Source of the DNA: an uncultured Actinomycetota bacterium
Lineage (GTDB): Bacteria > Actinomycetota > Actinomycetes > JAHEKZ01
Direction of reading: 5' to 3'
Assembly: GCA_963726575.1 (NCBI GenBank)
Contig: CAVSCR010000007.1
Coordinates: forward strand, 193,948 to 257,947
DNA length: 64,000 bases
Under the pieces are notes generated by a model that was not told the origin of the DNA, did no database searches, and saw nothing but the letters and a program-made list of their open reading frames with translations. The translations under genes and the position numbers were made by a program. Below, piece after piece: positions 19,415-28,848 of the stretch; positions within the stretch are counted from its first letter, which is position 1; the number at the start of each line of letters is the position of its first letter.

Positions 19415-20938
19415 CTAGAAGAACCCCAGCTTCTTCGGGCTGTAGGAGACCAGCAGGTTCTTCGTCTGCTGGTAGTGGTCGAGCATCATGCTGTGGTTCT
19501 CACGCCCCACGCCGGAACCCTTGTAACCACCGAAAGCGGCGTGGGCAGGGTAGGCGTGGTAACAGTTGGTCCAAACCCGTCCCGCTTGAATGTCGCGCCC
19601 GGCTCGGTAGGCCGTGTTCATGTCTCGGGTCCACACGCCGGCTCCCAAGCCGTACAGAGTGTCGTTGGCGATCTTCAACGCGTCGTCGTAGTGGTCGAAT
19701 CGCGTCACCGACACGACCGGACCGAAGATCTCCTCCTGGAAGATCCGCATCGCATTGTCGCCCTCGAAGATGGTCGGCGTGACGTAGTAGCCGCCGGCGA
19801 GATCGCCTCCCAGCTCGGCGCGGGTGCCGCCGGTGACGAGTCGAGCACCCTCCTGCTTGCCGATGTCGATGTAGCTGAGGATCTTCTCGAGCTGGTCGTT
19901 GCTGGCTTGAGCGCCGATCATGGTCTCGGTGTCGAGCGGGTTGCCCTGCTTGATCGCCTTCGTTCGCACAGTGGCGTCCGCGAGGAACTTGTCGTAGATC
20001 GATGACTGGACCAGTGCCCGGCTGGGACAGGTGCAGACCTCGCCCTGGTTCAGTGCGAACAGCGTGAAGCCCTCCAGCGACTTGTCGTAGAAGTCGTCGT
20101 CGTGCTCGGCGACGTCCTCGAAGAAGATGTTCGGACTCTTGCCACCGAGCTCCAACGTGACGGGAATGATGTTCTGGCTCGCGTATTGCATGATGAGCCG
20201 GCCAGTGGTGGTCTCGCCGGTAAATGCGATCTTGGCAATGCGACTCGATGACGCCAACGGCTTGCCCGCCTCAACACCGAATCCGTTGACGATGTTCAGC
20301 ACTCCCGGCGGGAGCAGGTCGGCAACGAGCTCCATCCACACGAGGATCGACACCGGAGTCTGCTCTGCGGGCTTGAGCACAATGGCGTTTCCAGCAGCCA
20401 GCGCGGGCGCGAGCTTCCACGTGGCCATCAGAATGGGGAAGTTCCACGGGATGATCTGGCCGACCACGCCCAGCGGCTCGTGGAAGTGGTAGGCGACGGT
20501 GTCCTCGTCGATCTGGGAGATCCCGCCCTCTTGACCCCGAATCGCTCCCGCGAAGTAGCGGAAGTGGTCGATGGCCAGCGGGAGGTCGGCGGCCAGGGTC
20601 TCGCGGACGGGCTTGCCGTTCTCCCAGGTCTCCGCTACGGCCAGGAGCTCGAGGTTGGCCTCCATTCGGTCGGCGATCTTGTTGAGGATGTTCGCTCGCT
20701 CCGCGACCGAGGTGCGGCCCCAGGCCGGGGCGGCGGCATGCGCGGCGTCGAGGGCACGATCGATGTCGACGTCGTTGCCGCGGGCGACCTCGGTGAAGCT
20801 GGCTCCCGTGACCGGGGTCGGGTTCTCGAAGTACTCGCCGCTGGCGGGTGGTACGTACTCGCCGCCGATCCAGTGGTCGTATCGCGACCGATAGGTCGCC
20901 GGGCTGCCCGGTTGCCCGGGCGCGGCATACAGCGTCAT
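19415..20938 (-). CDS. NAD-dependent aldehyde dehydrogenase (AldB/ExaC type)
   Basis: [36 protein letters not shown]. Confidence 0.96.
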   Translation of the reverse strand: MTLYAAPGQPGSPATYRSRYDHWIGGEYVPPASGEYFENPTPVTGASFTEVARGNDVDIDRALDAAHAAAPAWGRTSVAERANILNKIADRMEANLELLAVAETWENGKPVRETLAADLPLAIDHFRYFAGAIRGQEGGISQIDEDTVAYHFHEPLGVVGQIIPWNFPILMATWKLAPALAAGNAIVLKPAEQTPVSILVWMELVADLLPPGVLNIVNGFGVEAGKPLASSSRIAKIAFTGETTTGRLIMQYASQNIIPVTLELGGKSPNIFFEDVAEHDDDFYDKSLEGFTLFALNQGEVCTCPSRALVQSSIYDKFLADATVRTKAIKQGNPLDTETMIGAQASNDQLEKILSYIDIGKQEGARLVTGGTRAELGGDLAGGYYVTPTIFEGDNAMRIFQEEIFGPVVSVTRFDHYDDALKIANDTLYGLGAGVWTRDMNTAYRAGRDIQAGRVWTNCYHAYPAHAAFGGYKGSGVGRENHSMMLDHYQQTKNLLVSYSPKKLGFF

Positions 20939-20998
20939 TTCCTGCCTCCTGGTGGATCGACGAGCCTGGCAAAATGGGCTGGTCGGACGTTAGGCGCG

Positions 20999-21020
20999 GC
21001 AACGTTGCAACGAGGTTGCA
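20999..21020 (-). promoter_or_regulatory. Probable activator site upstream of aldehyde dehydrogenase
   Basis: Minus strand TGCAAC-CTCGT-TGCAAC direct repeat with 11-bp period, 60 bp before the start codon. Confidence 0.55.
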
Positions 21021-21035
21021 GGCACCAGGCTCCGG

Positions 21036-22316
21036 TCAGGCCCGGCCGAACTCCTTGTCGATCCACGCCAGTCGGGCAAGGGCCATGGCACGAACCTCGG
21101 GTGCGGCCGCGGCCGACCCGGCGGCGGCCGCCCATATCTCGTGGTCTTGTCGTCCTTGGGTCGTCTCTCCGTAGCGCACCAAGTCGGCCACTTCGCCCTG
21201 GGCAAGGACAGCCGCGCGGATTCGGTACGCCAAGCGCTCGCGGACGTCCACGACACCCGGCGCCTGTGAGCTCGGCAGCACGGGGCCGACGTACAGGTCC
21301 AGCGCCTGCGTCACGGCGCCGGCGGCCAGTTTCGCCTCCACGATGGAGACATCGGTGGTCAGCGGCTGCGTGATCCGGTATGGCCTCGAGGCGAGGCATG
21401 GCGCGCCGAGGACCGCGCGCAGCCGAGACATCTCCGCGCGAATCGTCACATCGGCGAGCTCCTGCTCGTCGAGCAGCACTCCCAACTGGTCGCTCGTCAG
21501 CCCGGCAGGGTGCTCGACGAGCAGGAGCAAGATCTCTGAGTGGCGTTGGGAGAGGACGCGGCTGGCCCCGGCCACTTCCCAGCGCGCGCGATCTTGGGCC
21601 AGCAGGTGCAGCCTGGGGCGGACGTGTCTGCGGGGCCGACTCGACTTGGCTTGCAGGCGGCGCAGCCGGAGCTCGTTCTCGACGGCTTCGACGGCTGCCT
21701 GCACCAGAGCCAACGACTGAGGGGCGGCCACGGAGTCCCCGCCCGTGACGTCGAGCACTCCCAACAGCCTTCCGGTCTGTGGGTCATGGATCGGTGCGGC
21801 GCTGCAGCTCCACGGCTGGACGATCCGGCTGAAGTGCTCGTGGGCGTAGATCTGGACGCTGTGGTCCAGAGCGAGCGCCGTCCCGGGCGCGTTCGTACCG
21901 GCCAGAGCTTCACTCCAGAATGCACCAGGCATGAAGTGCATGGTCTCGGCGCGGCTGCGAAGGTGTGGGGCGCCTTCGACCCACAGGAGCCGACCGACGT
22001 CGTCGCTGACGGCGACCAACAGGTCGGAGTCGACGGCGTCGTCCACGAGAAGGCGTCGGATCACCGGCATGACGTCGGCCAGCGGGTGAGCGGCCCGGTA
22101 GGCCTCGAGGGCGTCGTCGAGCAGGTCGACCGGGGGAAGCGAGCGGTCGGGGTCGACCCCGCTGTCCTTCGATCGCCGCCACGAGTCAAAGACGACGTCC
22201 CTGACGCGCCAGCGCGACGTTCCGGTGGCGACGAAGTCGTCGTGTGCATCGGCGACGGCGCGCGCGAGTGCGGCGGGATCGCTCCCCGCGGGCAGTGCCA
22301 GCCATGGACTCGGCAC
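21036..22316 (-). CDS. GAF-domain transcriptional regulator (AcoR-like N-terminus)
   Basis: SWRRS, WSEALAGTNAPGTAL, WSCSAAPIHDP, RAEMSRLR; start uncertain. Confidence 0.9.
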   Translation of the reverse strand: MPSPWLALPAGSDPAALARAVADAHDDFVATGTSRWRVRDVVFDSWRRSKDSGVDPDRSLPPVDLLDDALEAYRAAHPLADVMPVIRRLLVDDAVDSDLLVAVSDDVGRLLWVEGAPHLRSRAETMHFMPGAFWSEALAGTNAPGTALALDHSVQIYAHEHFSRIVQPWSCSAAPIHDPQTGRLLGVLDVTGGDSVAAPQSLALVQAAVEAVENELRLRRLQAKSSRPRRHVRPRLHLLAQDRARWEVAGASRVLSQRHSEILLLLVEHPAGLTSDQLGVLLDEQELADVTIRAEMSRLRAVLGAPCLASRPYRITQPLTTDVSIVEAKLAAGAVTQALDLYVGPVLPSSQAPGVVDVRERLAYRIRAAVLAQGEVADLVRYGETTQGRQDHEIWAAAAGSAAAAPEVRAMALARLAWIDKEFGRA

Positions 22317-22437
22317 AGCATTCTCCGACTGTCGCGCCGACGGATCGGCCGATCGGCCCAACGCGAGTGTACGGCCGGCTGGAGCAACCCGCTTCTGGTG
22401 AATCGCCCCGGCTGTTGAGCCGCCAGTCGTTCCGCCA

Positions 22438-22489
22438 GTTGATCAAGGAGAAGATGCTGGGTTTTCAAGATCAACAGGTCTCTTGGTCA
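22438..22489. repeat. Degenerate GTTGATCA-type intergenic palindromic element
   Basis: AT-richer GTTGATCAAGGAGA...GATCAAC...TCTCTTGGTCA with imperfect inverted ends after coaX. Confidence 0.4.
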
Positions 22490-23242
22490 GGTGTTGCGCT
22501 CGAACACCAGGCGCAGGCCCTGCAGTGTCAGATCGGGTTCGTGGTCGGTGATCGTCTCCGACTCCTCGATCACCAGGGACGCCAGGCCGCCGGTCGCGAT
22601 GACCGCGTTCACCGACCCCAGCTCGGCGATGATGCGACGCACCAGGCCGTCGACCTGGCCGGCGAAGCCGAACAACGCGCCGGACTGCAGAGACTCGACG
22701 GTGTTCTTGCCGATCACCGACCGCGGCCGGACCAGCTCCACCTTGCGCAGCTGCGCTGCGCGAGCGGCGAGCGCCTCCAACGAGATCTCGATGCCAGGAG
22801 CGAGAGCACCACCCAAGAACTCCCCCTTGGCACTGACGACGTCGAGGTTGGTCGACGTTCCGAAGTCGACGACGATGACGGGACCGCCGTACAGCTCATG
22901 CGCTGCCAAGGTGTTGATGATCCGGTCGCTGCCGACCTCTTTGGGGTTGTCGGTGAGGACGGGGACGCCGGTTCGTGTCCCAGGCTCGACGATCACGGTA
23001 GGCACCGACGGGTAGTACCGCTTCAACATGAACCGCATCTCGTGGAGAACTGCGGGCACGGTCGAGCACAGCGAGATCCCGGTGACCTCGGGCTCACCGG
23101 TGAGCAGACCCCGATAGATCAGCACCATCTCGTCCGCCGTGGCCCGGGCATCGGTCTTGATCCGCCACGACCGGATGAGCGAGCTGCCGTCGAACAGACC
23201 CAGCACGGTCTGGGTGTTTCCGATGTCGATCGCGAGCAGCAC
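22487..23242 (-). CDS. coaX: Type III pantothenate kinase
   Basis: IDIGNT, VGSDR, VDFGTST, IATGG. Confidence 0.96.
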   Translation of the reverse strand: MLLAIDIGNTQTVLGLFDGSSLIRSWRIKTDARATADEMVLIYRGLLTGEPEVTGISLCSTVPAVLHEMRFMLKRYYPSVPTVIVEPGTRTGVPVLTDNPKEVGSDRIINTLAAHELYGGPVIVVDFGTSTNLDVVSAKGEFLGGALAPGIEISLEALAARAAQLRKVELVRPRSVIGKNTVESLQSGALFGFAGQVDGLVRRIIAELGSVNAVIATGGLASLVIEESETITDHEPDLTLQGLRLVFERNT

Positions 23243-23245
23243 GGG

Positions 23246-24145
23246 TCACACCTCTTCGATGTCGGGCACGGTGACCGGGTGGGCACCCGACCCACCCAGT
23301 GCCACGGTCGTGTTGTCGATCAGTCGCGTTGGGCCCACGCGGGCCGCCACCACCAAGAGCGCGTCGCCCTGGTGGTCGGCCGCTACCGAGTCGAACGTCG
23401 TGGCATCGACGAGCTCCACGTAGTCGACGCTCACCGAGCCTTCGGCGCCGATGACGCCACGGGCTGCCGCGAGCACGGCGGCGGTACCTTCTGCCCCGTG
23501 GCCGGCGCCTGCCCGTAGGGCCGCCGACAGCACGAGCGCGTCGCGTCGATCGGTCACCGACAGATAGCCGTTGCGGCTCGACAGCGCCAGCCCTGCGTCG
23601 TCGCGGACCGTCGGAACTGCCACGACGTCGACGGCCAGGTCGAGGTCGCGCACCATGCGCGTGATCAACCACAGCTGCTGCGCGTCCTTCTGCCCGAAGT
23701 AGGCGACATCTGGAGCCGTCAGGTTCATCAGCTTGGCGACCACGGTCAGCACCCCGTCGAAGTGGCCCGGGCGGCTGGCACCTTCGAGCCGGTCACCCAC
23801 GGCGCCCGCGGACACTCGCACGACCGGCTCCCCGTCGGGATAGACCACGTCGGGCGTCGGGGCGAACACCAGGTCGACCTGCTCGGCCTCGCACAACCTG
23901 AGGTCGGAGTCGAAGGTGCGCGGATACTTCGCGAGGTCTTCCCCCGGAGCGAATTGCAGGGGGTTCAAGAAGATCGTGACGATCACCACGTCGGCCTGCT
24001 CGCGTGCCTGCCGGATCAGCTCGGTGTGGCCCGCGTGCAACGCCCCCATCGTCATGACGACGGCCACGCGCCCGTGGACGACCGACTTCAGCAGCTCGGC
24101 GCGAGCCCGCGACAGCTCGTGACGGGTGTGGGCAACCACGGTCAT
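23246..24145 (-). CDS. panC: Pantoate--beta-alanine ligase
   Basis: TMGALHAGH, NPLQF, RPGHFDGV, FGQKDAQQ, LALSSRN, RLIDN. Confidence 0.97.
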   Translation of the reverse strand: MTVVAHTRHELSRARAELLKSVVHGRVAVVMTMGALHAGHTELIRQAREQADVVIVTIFLNPLQFAPGEDLAKYPRTFDSDLRLCEAEQVDLVFAPTPDVVYPDGEPVVRVSAGAVGDRLEGASRPGHFDGVLTVVAKLMNLTAPDVAYFGQKDAQQLWLITRMVRDLDLAVDVVAVPTVRDDAGLALSSRNGYLSVTDRRDALVLSAALRAGAGHGAEGTAAVLAAARGVIGAEGSVSVDYVELVDATTFDSVAADHQGDALLVVAARVGPTRLIDNTTVALGGSGAHPVTVPDIEEV

Positions 24146-25083
24146 GCGTTCCACCCATCGGCTGTCTCGTCGTTGATGACGCCCAGCAACGACTGCGCAG
24201 CCTCGGGACTCAACAGCCCGGAGTCCAACGCCCGCGATGCGGTGGCCCGCGCCAGGCTCCGGTAGGTGGCCGCGGCCTCCGGAGACGTCGCGCTGATCGC
24301 GGCGAGATGGGCGGCGACGGTTCCGGCGTCGCCACGCGCCACCGGACCGGTCAAGGCCAGATCACCGGAGCCAAGCGCGTTGTCCAACGCCGCCGACAGC
24401 AGCGGGCCGAGCACGCGCGATGGCTCGGACACCCCGGCCGCGCGCAGCAGGTCACTGGACTGTGCGACCAGCGTCACCAGGTGGTTCGCCGCATGCGCCA
24501 ACGCTGCGTGATACAGCACGCGCTGTTCGTCGAGTACGCGAACTGGTTCCCCCCCGACCTCGATGACCAACGCGTCAGCGATCGGGAGCAGGCCAGCGGG
24601 TGCGGTCACTCCGAAGACAGCGCCTTGCAGTCGCTTCAGATCCACCGACGTGCCGGTGAACGTCATCACCGGATGCAGGGCGAGCGGAAGTGCGCCCACC
24701 TCGCTGGCCGGCGTCAGGACCGCGAGTCCGTGTCGCCCACTGCAATGCGCCACGAGCTGCCCCGGCACGAAGGAATCCGTCGTGGCCAAGCCGCGCACGA
24801 GCTCGGGCAGCACGTCGTCGGGCACGGTGAGCAGGACCAGATCGGCCCTGGCGCACACGTCCTGCGGCGCGAGCACGTCGGCGCCCGGCAGCAGGGTGGC
24901 GGCTCGTTCGCGAGAGACCTCGGAGACGGCGGCGACGGCGACCACGCGGTGACCGGCGTTGGCCAACGCGGCCCCGAGCACGGCCCCCACCCGACCGGCT
25001 CCCACCACGCCGACGGCGAGCCGACCCGGCCGGTCTCGAGCGTCGGCGGTGAGGTCGATCAGAGGCGGTTCTGCTGGTGGCAC
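24142..25083 (-). CDS. Rossmann-like plus DUF2520 protein (putative PanG-type ketopantoate reductase)
   Basis: VGAGRVG, TVPDD, HCSG, LHPVMTF, YHAAL, LTGPVARGD; coupled to panC. Confidence 0.9.
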   Translation of the reverse strand: MPPAEPPLIDLTADARDRPGRLAVGVVGAGRVGAVLGAALANAGHRVVAVAAVSEVSRERAATLLPGADVLAPQDVCARADLVLLTVPDDVLPELVRGLATTDSFVPGQLVAHCSGRHGLAVLTPASEVGALPLALHPVMTFTGTSVDLKRLQGAVFGVTAPAGLLPIADALVIEVGGEPVRVLDEQRVLYHAALAHAANHLVTLVAQSSDLLRAAGVSEPSRVLGPLLSAALDNALGSGDLALTGPVARGDAGTVAAHLAAISATSPEAAATYRSLARATASRALDSGLLSPEAAQSLLGVINDETADGWNA

Positions 25084-25168
25084 TGCGTTCCAGTCCTGTT
25101 CGGGTACCGGACGACCAATCGCCGACCAGCCTAGCGGCGGGGCGGCGAGCGTCGGCTACCGTCGCCGC

Positions 25169-26212
25169 GTGCTGACCTGGCGGGACGCCATGCAACAGGC
25201 TCTGTACGCACCTGACGGCTTCTACCAGCGCGGCGGGAATGCACCCCAGGCGCACTTTCGCACCAGCGTGCACGCATCTCCTCACTTCGCCCGCGCCCTG
25301 GTGCGGTTGCTGACCGACCTCGACCGCGATCTGGGCCGGCCCGATCCCCTTCACGTCGTGGACGTCGGAGCCGGAGGCGCTGAGCTGCTGCAGGAGATCC
25401 ACCGCACCGTCACGGACACGGACTCCGCCCACACGGATTTGGCGGACCGGCTGCGGCTGGTGGCCGTGGAGGTGGCACCCCGCCCGCGCGACCTGGCGGC
25501 ATCGATCCAGTGGCGCGCCGATCCTCCAGAGCACCTGATCGGCCTGCTCATCGCGAACGAGTGGCTGGACAACGTTCCGCTCGACGTCGTCGAGCGCGAG
25601 GGCGACCAGTGGCGCCTGGTGATGGTGGACCCGGGGGATGGCCGCGAGGAGCTCGGCCCGACGCCGGATGCGGCAGCGCTTCAATGGCTGGACACCTGGT
25701 GGCCGGCCGGCGAAGCCACAGACGGCGACCGTGCCGAGGTCGGGCTGCTGCGCGACGTCGCCTGGGGCGCGGCCGTCGGAGCCGTCGACCGCGGTGTCGC
25801 GATCGCGGTCGACTATGCGCATGGCCGAGGCGATCGCGCGGCGGGTCAGTGGAGCACCGGAACGTTGACGGGGTTTCGCGGGGGCCGTGAGCTGGCACCG
25901 GTACCCAACGGAACCTGTGACATCACCGCACACGTCGCGCTCGACGCGTGCGCCGAAGCCGGCCGCCGCGCCGGCATGTCAGCCACCCAGCTCACGTCGC
26001 AACGCACGGCGCTGCTCGCGCTCGGACTGGACCGCCGACGCCCCCCGATCTCGCTGGCGACGTCGGACCCGAGGACCTACCTGCGGCAGCTGGCGGCGGC
26101 CTCCGAGGTCGCCGAGCTCATCGACCCGGTCGGACTGGGCTCCTTCCAGTGGTTGATTCAGGCCCGAGGACTCGAGGTACCCGCCCTGCTCAGCGACCCG
26201 CTCCCCGCGTGA
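25169..26212 (+). CDS. SAM-dependent methyltransferase, MidA/NDUFAF7 family
   Basis: ALYAPDGFY, FRTS, DVGAGGAEL, ANEWLDNVP, VDY, DITAHV, GLGSFQW. Confidence 0.88.
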   Translation: MLTWRDAMQQALYAPDGFYQRGGNAPQAHFRTSVHASPHFARALVRLLTDLDRDLGRPDPLHVVDVGAGGAELLQEIHRTVTDTDSAHTDLADRLRLVAVEVAPRPRDLAASIQWRADPPEHLIGLLIANEWLDNVPLDVVEREGDQWRLVMVDPGDGREELGPTPDAAALQWLDTWWPAGEATDGDRAEVGLLRDVAWGAAVGAVDRGVAIAVDYAHGRGDRAAGQWSTGTLTGFRGGRELAPVPNGTCDITAHVALDACAEAGRRAGMSATQLTSQRTALLALGLDRRRPPISLATSDPRTYLRQLAAASEVAELIDPVGLGSFQWLIQARGLEVPALLSDPLPA

Positions 26213-26798
26213 CCGCCGGCCCGGACAAGCGGACCGCGAGCACCACGACGCCTGCAACCCCGGCCAACAGCAGCCCCAGGAGCATGAACGCGAGCGCGAT
26301 GCCCGCGTCGCGAAGGCTGGTGCGGTAGGTCGCCCCGTCCAGGTTCGGCGTGATGGCGAACCTCAGGTCGCCCACCGTCCCGGACGTCGCTGTGTCCTCG
26401 CAGGTCACGACGACCGCGCCGTCCACCGAGGTCTGGACCTTGCCGACCAGCCACCAACGCCCCGAGGGCAGGGCCAACGACACCGAATCCCCCTGGCGCA
26501 GCCGCCAGGTGCGGGGCATTGCTCCGCTGCCCGGCGCCGGCTGGGCGTCGCACCACCACCCACGACTGTCCAGGGATCCCGGGTCGGCCGAGGCGAACAG
26601 CAGCCGCGTCTGTCCGGCCAGCATGTCCACCGTCATGCGACGACTCGGCGCGAACGCGACGTAGCCCTCGACCGCGTTCACGCTGGCTGCCACCGCTGGG
26701 CGCACGCTGCGGCCCACGGCGACGCCGCCGGCGACCACCGCCAGCACTGCCAGGGCGAGGCTGATCGAGTACCACCACGGCGAGATCCGCTGGCTCAT
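26190..26798 (-). CDS. Hypothetical two-TM membrane protein
   Basis: Hydrophobic helices at both ends; ATG overlaps stop of upstream PH-domain gene. Confidence 0.7.
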   Translation of the reverse strand: MSQRISPWWYSISLALAVLAVVAGGVAVGRSVRPAVAASVNAVEGYVAFAPSRRMTVDMLAGQTRLLFASADPGSLDSRGWWCDAQPAPGSGAMPRTWRLRQGDSVSLALPSGRWWLVGKVQTSVDGAVVVTCEDTATSGTVGDLRFAITPNLDGATYRTSLRDAGIALAFMLLGLLLAGVAGVVVLAVRLSGPAVTRGAGR

Positions 26799-28174
26799 GT
26801 GGCCGCCTCCCCCAGCGGCGGTGGGCTCGGTTGCATCCAACGCTGTGGAGGCGCCGACTGTCGGGCGAGCCGGCTGGCCACGACCTGCGCCTCGGCGAGC
26901 GCGCGGGCTTCGGCCGCCGGCCGCTGAGCCGCCATGGGTTTGATCGGACCAGGCGTCGAGTCGAGATGGACCGTGGCCAGTCCCAGGCGGCGCTGCCACG
27001 GCCCCTGACTCACCCGGACACTCTGCACCCGGGCGTGCGGCACCGCGTCGAGGGTCGGCACGAGCCAGCCATGCCGCGCCACGAACACGCGGCTGTCACC
27101 GCCGACGGCAAGCCGACGCCACTGCAAAGGCGCCCGCGACCTGGCGCGCCGGGGCACCGGGGCCAGCGGCAACGCCTGGACCTCGACGCCGGGCAGGACT
27201 CGCTGGATCAACATGTGCGCCACGTCCACCGGGCCGGCCGGGAGCAGCACCCGTGGGTGCTCCTTCGCCTCGTTCTGCTCCGGCGATCCGGCCACGTTGA
27301 TCACCACCCGCACCCAACCACGGTGTCGCCACAGGATCGGCGACTCGATGCGCACGGCCTGAACTCGACCCGGCGGCACCGTCTGCAGTTGGTGCGAGGT
27401 CAACCCGAAGCGCAGGCGAAGTCCGTCAGGTGAGTCCGCGACCGTGAACCCGAAGAAGGTGAGGAACGGCCGGACCGCACCCGCAAGCGGCGCGACTACG
27501 GCGATGAACACCGGCGCCATGACCACCGGATTCCCGGACACGACGGTGACGACGAGCATCACGAGGACGACGAGGACGGCCACGATTGCGGCGGGCGACA
27601 GCAGTGACGACTCCAGAATCACTGACGTCGGAACGGCCACGAGAACGTTCTCGGGCGCGATCGCAGCCGCGACGCCTGGCTCGGTCCCCCGCACCCCGGC
27701 CGCGCGGGCAAGCAGTTCGGCGCGTAGGGCGTGGGCGTCGTCCAGCGTGAGGTAGCCGATCACCAGGCTGCGGCGCTCGGCGCCGGCCACCTCGGGCCGT
27801 ACCTCCGCCAAGCCGAACAACCTCGCCAGCAAGGGCTGCGTCACCTCCACGGACTGCAGCCGCGACAGCTGAACGCGTCGTTGGCTCACCTGCAGGACAC
27901 CGGACGACAGACGAAGGTCGCCGTCGGCGTCGAACGAGTAGGTGAAGCGCGTCCACGACAGGTACTGGTACGCCATGAACAGCAGTACCAGTGCGACCGC
28001 GCCGGCACCCAACAGCGGCCGTTGCGCGCCACTGGTGGAGTTGATGAGTCCGTTGGTGAAGACGAACAGCAGCAGCACCGGGACGAGCTGACCCGCCTTG
28101 ACCACGGCGGTGATCGCGTTCGTGCGTCGGGGTTCGGTCGGGACGAACGGACCGGTCGGCGATTGCGCTGTCAT
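26795..28174 (-). CDS. Bacterial PH-domain membrane protein (YdbT-like)
   Basis: Repeated bPH motifs RLQSVEVTQPLLARLFGLA, RVQAV, RVQSVRVSQGPWQRRLGLA. Confidence 0.9.
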   Translation of the reverse strand: MTAQSPTGPFVPTEPRRTNAITAVVKAGQLVPVLLLFVFTNGLINSTSGAQRPLLGAGAVALVLLFMAYQYLSWTRFTYSFDADGDLRLSSGVLQVSQRRVQLSRLQSVEVTQPLLARLFGLAEVRPEVAGAERRSLVIGYLTLDDAHALRAELLARAAGVRGTEPGVAAAIAPENVLVAVPTSVILESSLLSPAAIVAVLVVLVMLVVTVVSGNPVVMAPVFIAVVAPLAGAVRPFLTFFGFTVADSPDGLRLRFGLTSHQLQTVPPGRVQAVRIESPILWRHRGWVRVVINVAGSPEQNEAKEHPRVLLPAGPVDVAHMLIQRVLPGVEVQALPLAPVPRRARSRAPLQWRRLAVGGDSRVFVARHGWLVPTLDAVPHARVQSVRVSQGPWQRRLGLATVHLDSTPGPIKPMAAQRPAAEARALAEAQVVASRLARQSAPPQRWMQPSPPPLGEAAT

Positions 28175-28674
28175 AGGCCGGCGCTGCGCTGCTCACCGAG
28201 CGCGGCGAGATGGTCGCGCAGGCGAGCGGCGCGATCGGTGGGCAGGCCGGCGATCACGGCATCGGTGGTCGCGGCCGCAGTGTGGAGCTGGACCTTGGCC
28301 ATGCCGAAGCGCCGGTCGAGGGGTCCGGCCGTCACATCGACGAGCTGCATCCGCCCGTAGGGCACGATCACGAGCTTGCGGAACATCACGCCCGACACCA
28401 CGAGCAGGTCGTCGGCGCGTTCGAGGTAGCCCATCGCGCGGACCTGGCGCCCGATCACCCACGACGTCCATGCCAGTGCCAGCAGCACGACGAGGAGCAC
28501 CGCGAATCCCCACTGAGGGCCACCGGCGGCGATCGTCACGCCGATGCCGATGCCGGCAACGACCAGAGCCGTGGCCAGGGCGCCCATGCGACGCGCCGTG
28601 GCCAGGCGAGGGCTCACCCGGACCCATGGCGCGCCAGGGTCGGCCGCGAAGGGGTCAGCAGGCTCCTGGCTCAC
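28171..28674 (-). CDS. Bacterial PH-domain membrane protein (YdbS-like)
   Basis: Two TM helices, VPYGRMQLVDVTAGPLDRRFG, LHTAA; start uncertain. Confidence 0.9.
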   Translation of the reverse strand: MSQEPADPFAADPGAPWVRVSPRLATARRMGALATALVVAGIGIGVTIAAGGPQWGFAVLLVVLLALAWTSWVIGRQVRAMGYLERADDLLVVSGVMFRKLVIVPYGRMQLVDVTAGPLDRRFGMAKVQLHTAAATTDAVIAGLPTDRAARLRDHLAALGEQRSAGL

Positions 28675-28848
28675 GGTCCGAGCGTAATCAGTCGGCGCTC
28701 CGACTGTTACCGACCGGTAATGGTCTGGTCCGATACCGAACGGTGACCATGGACCTCGGTCAAGTCCCCCCATGCGCGGCCCAAAGGGTCTATAAACCGG
28801 CGTGAGGTGTGTCACTCCGCCTGCCCACCGTCAACGAGGAGACCTCCC

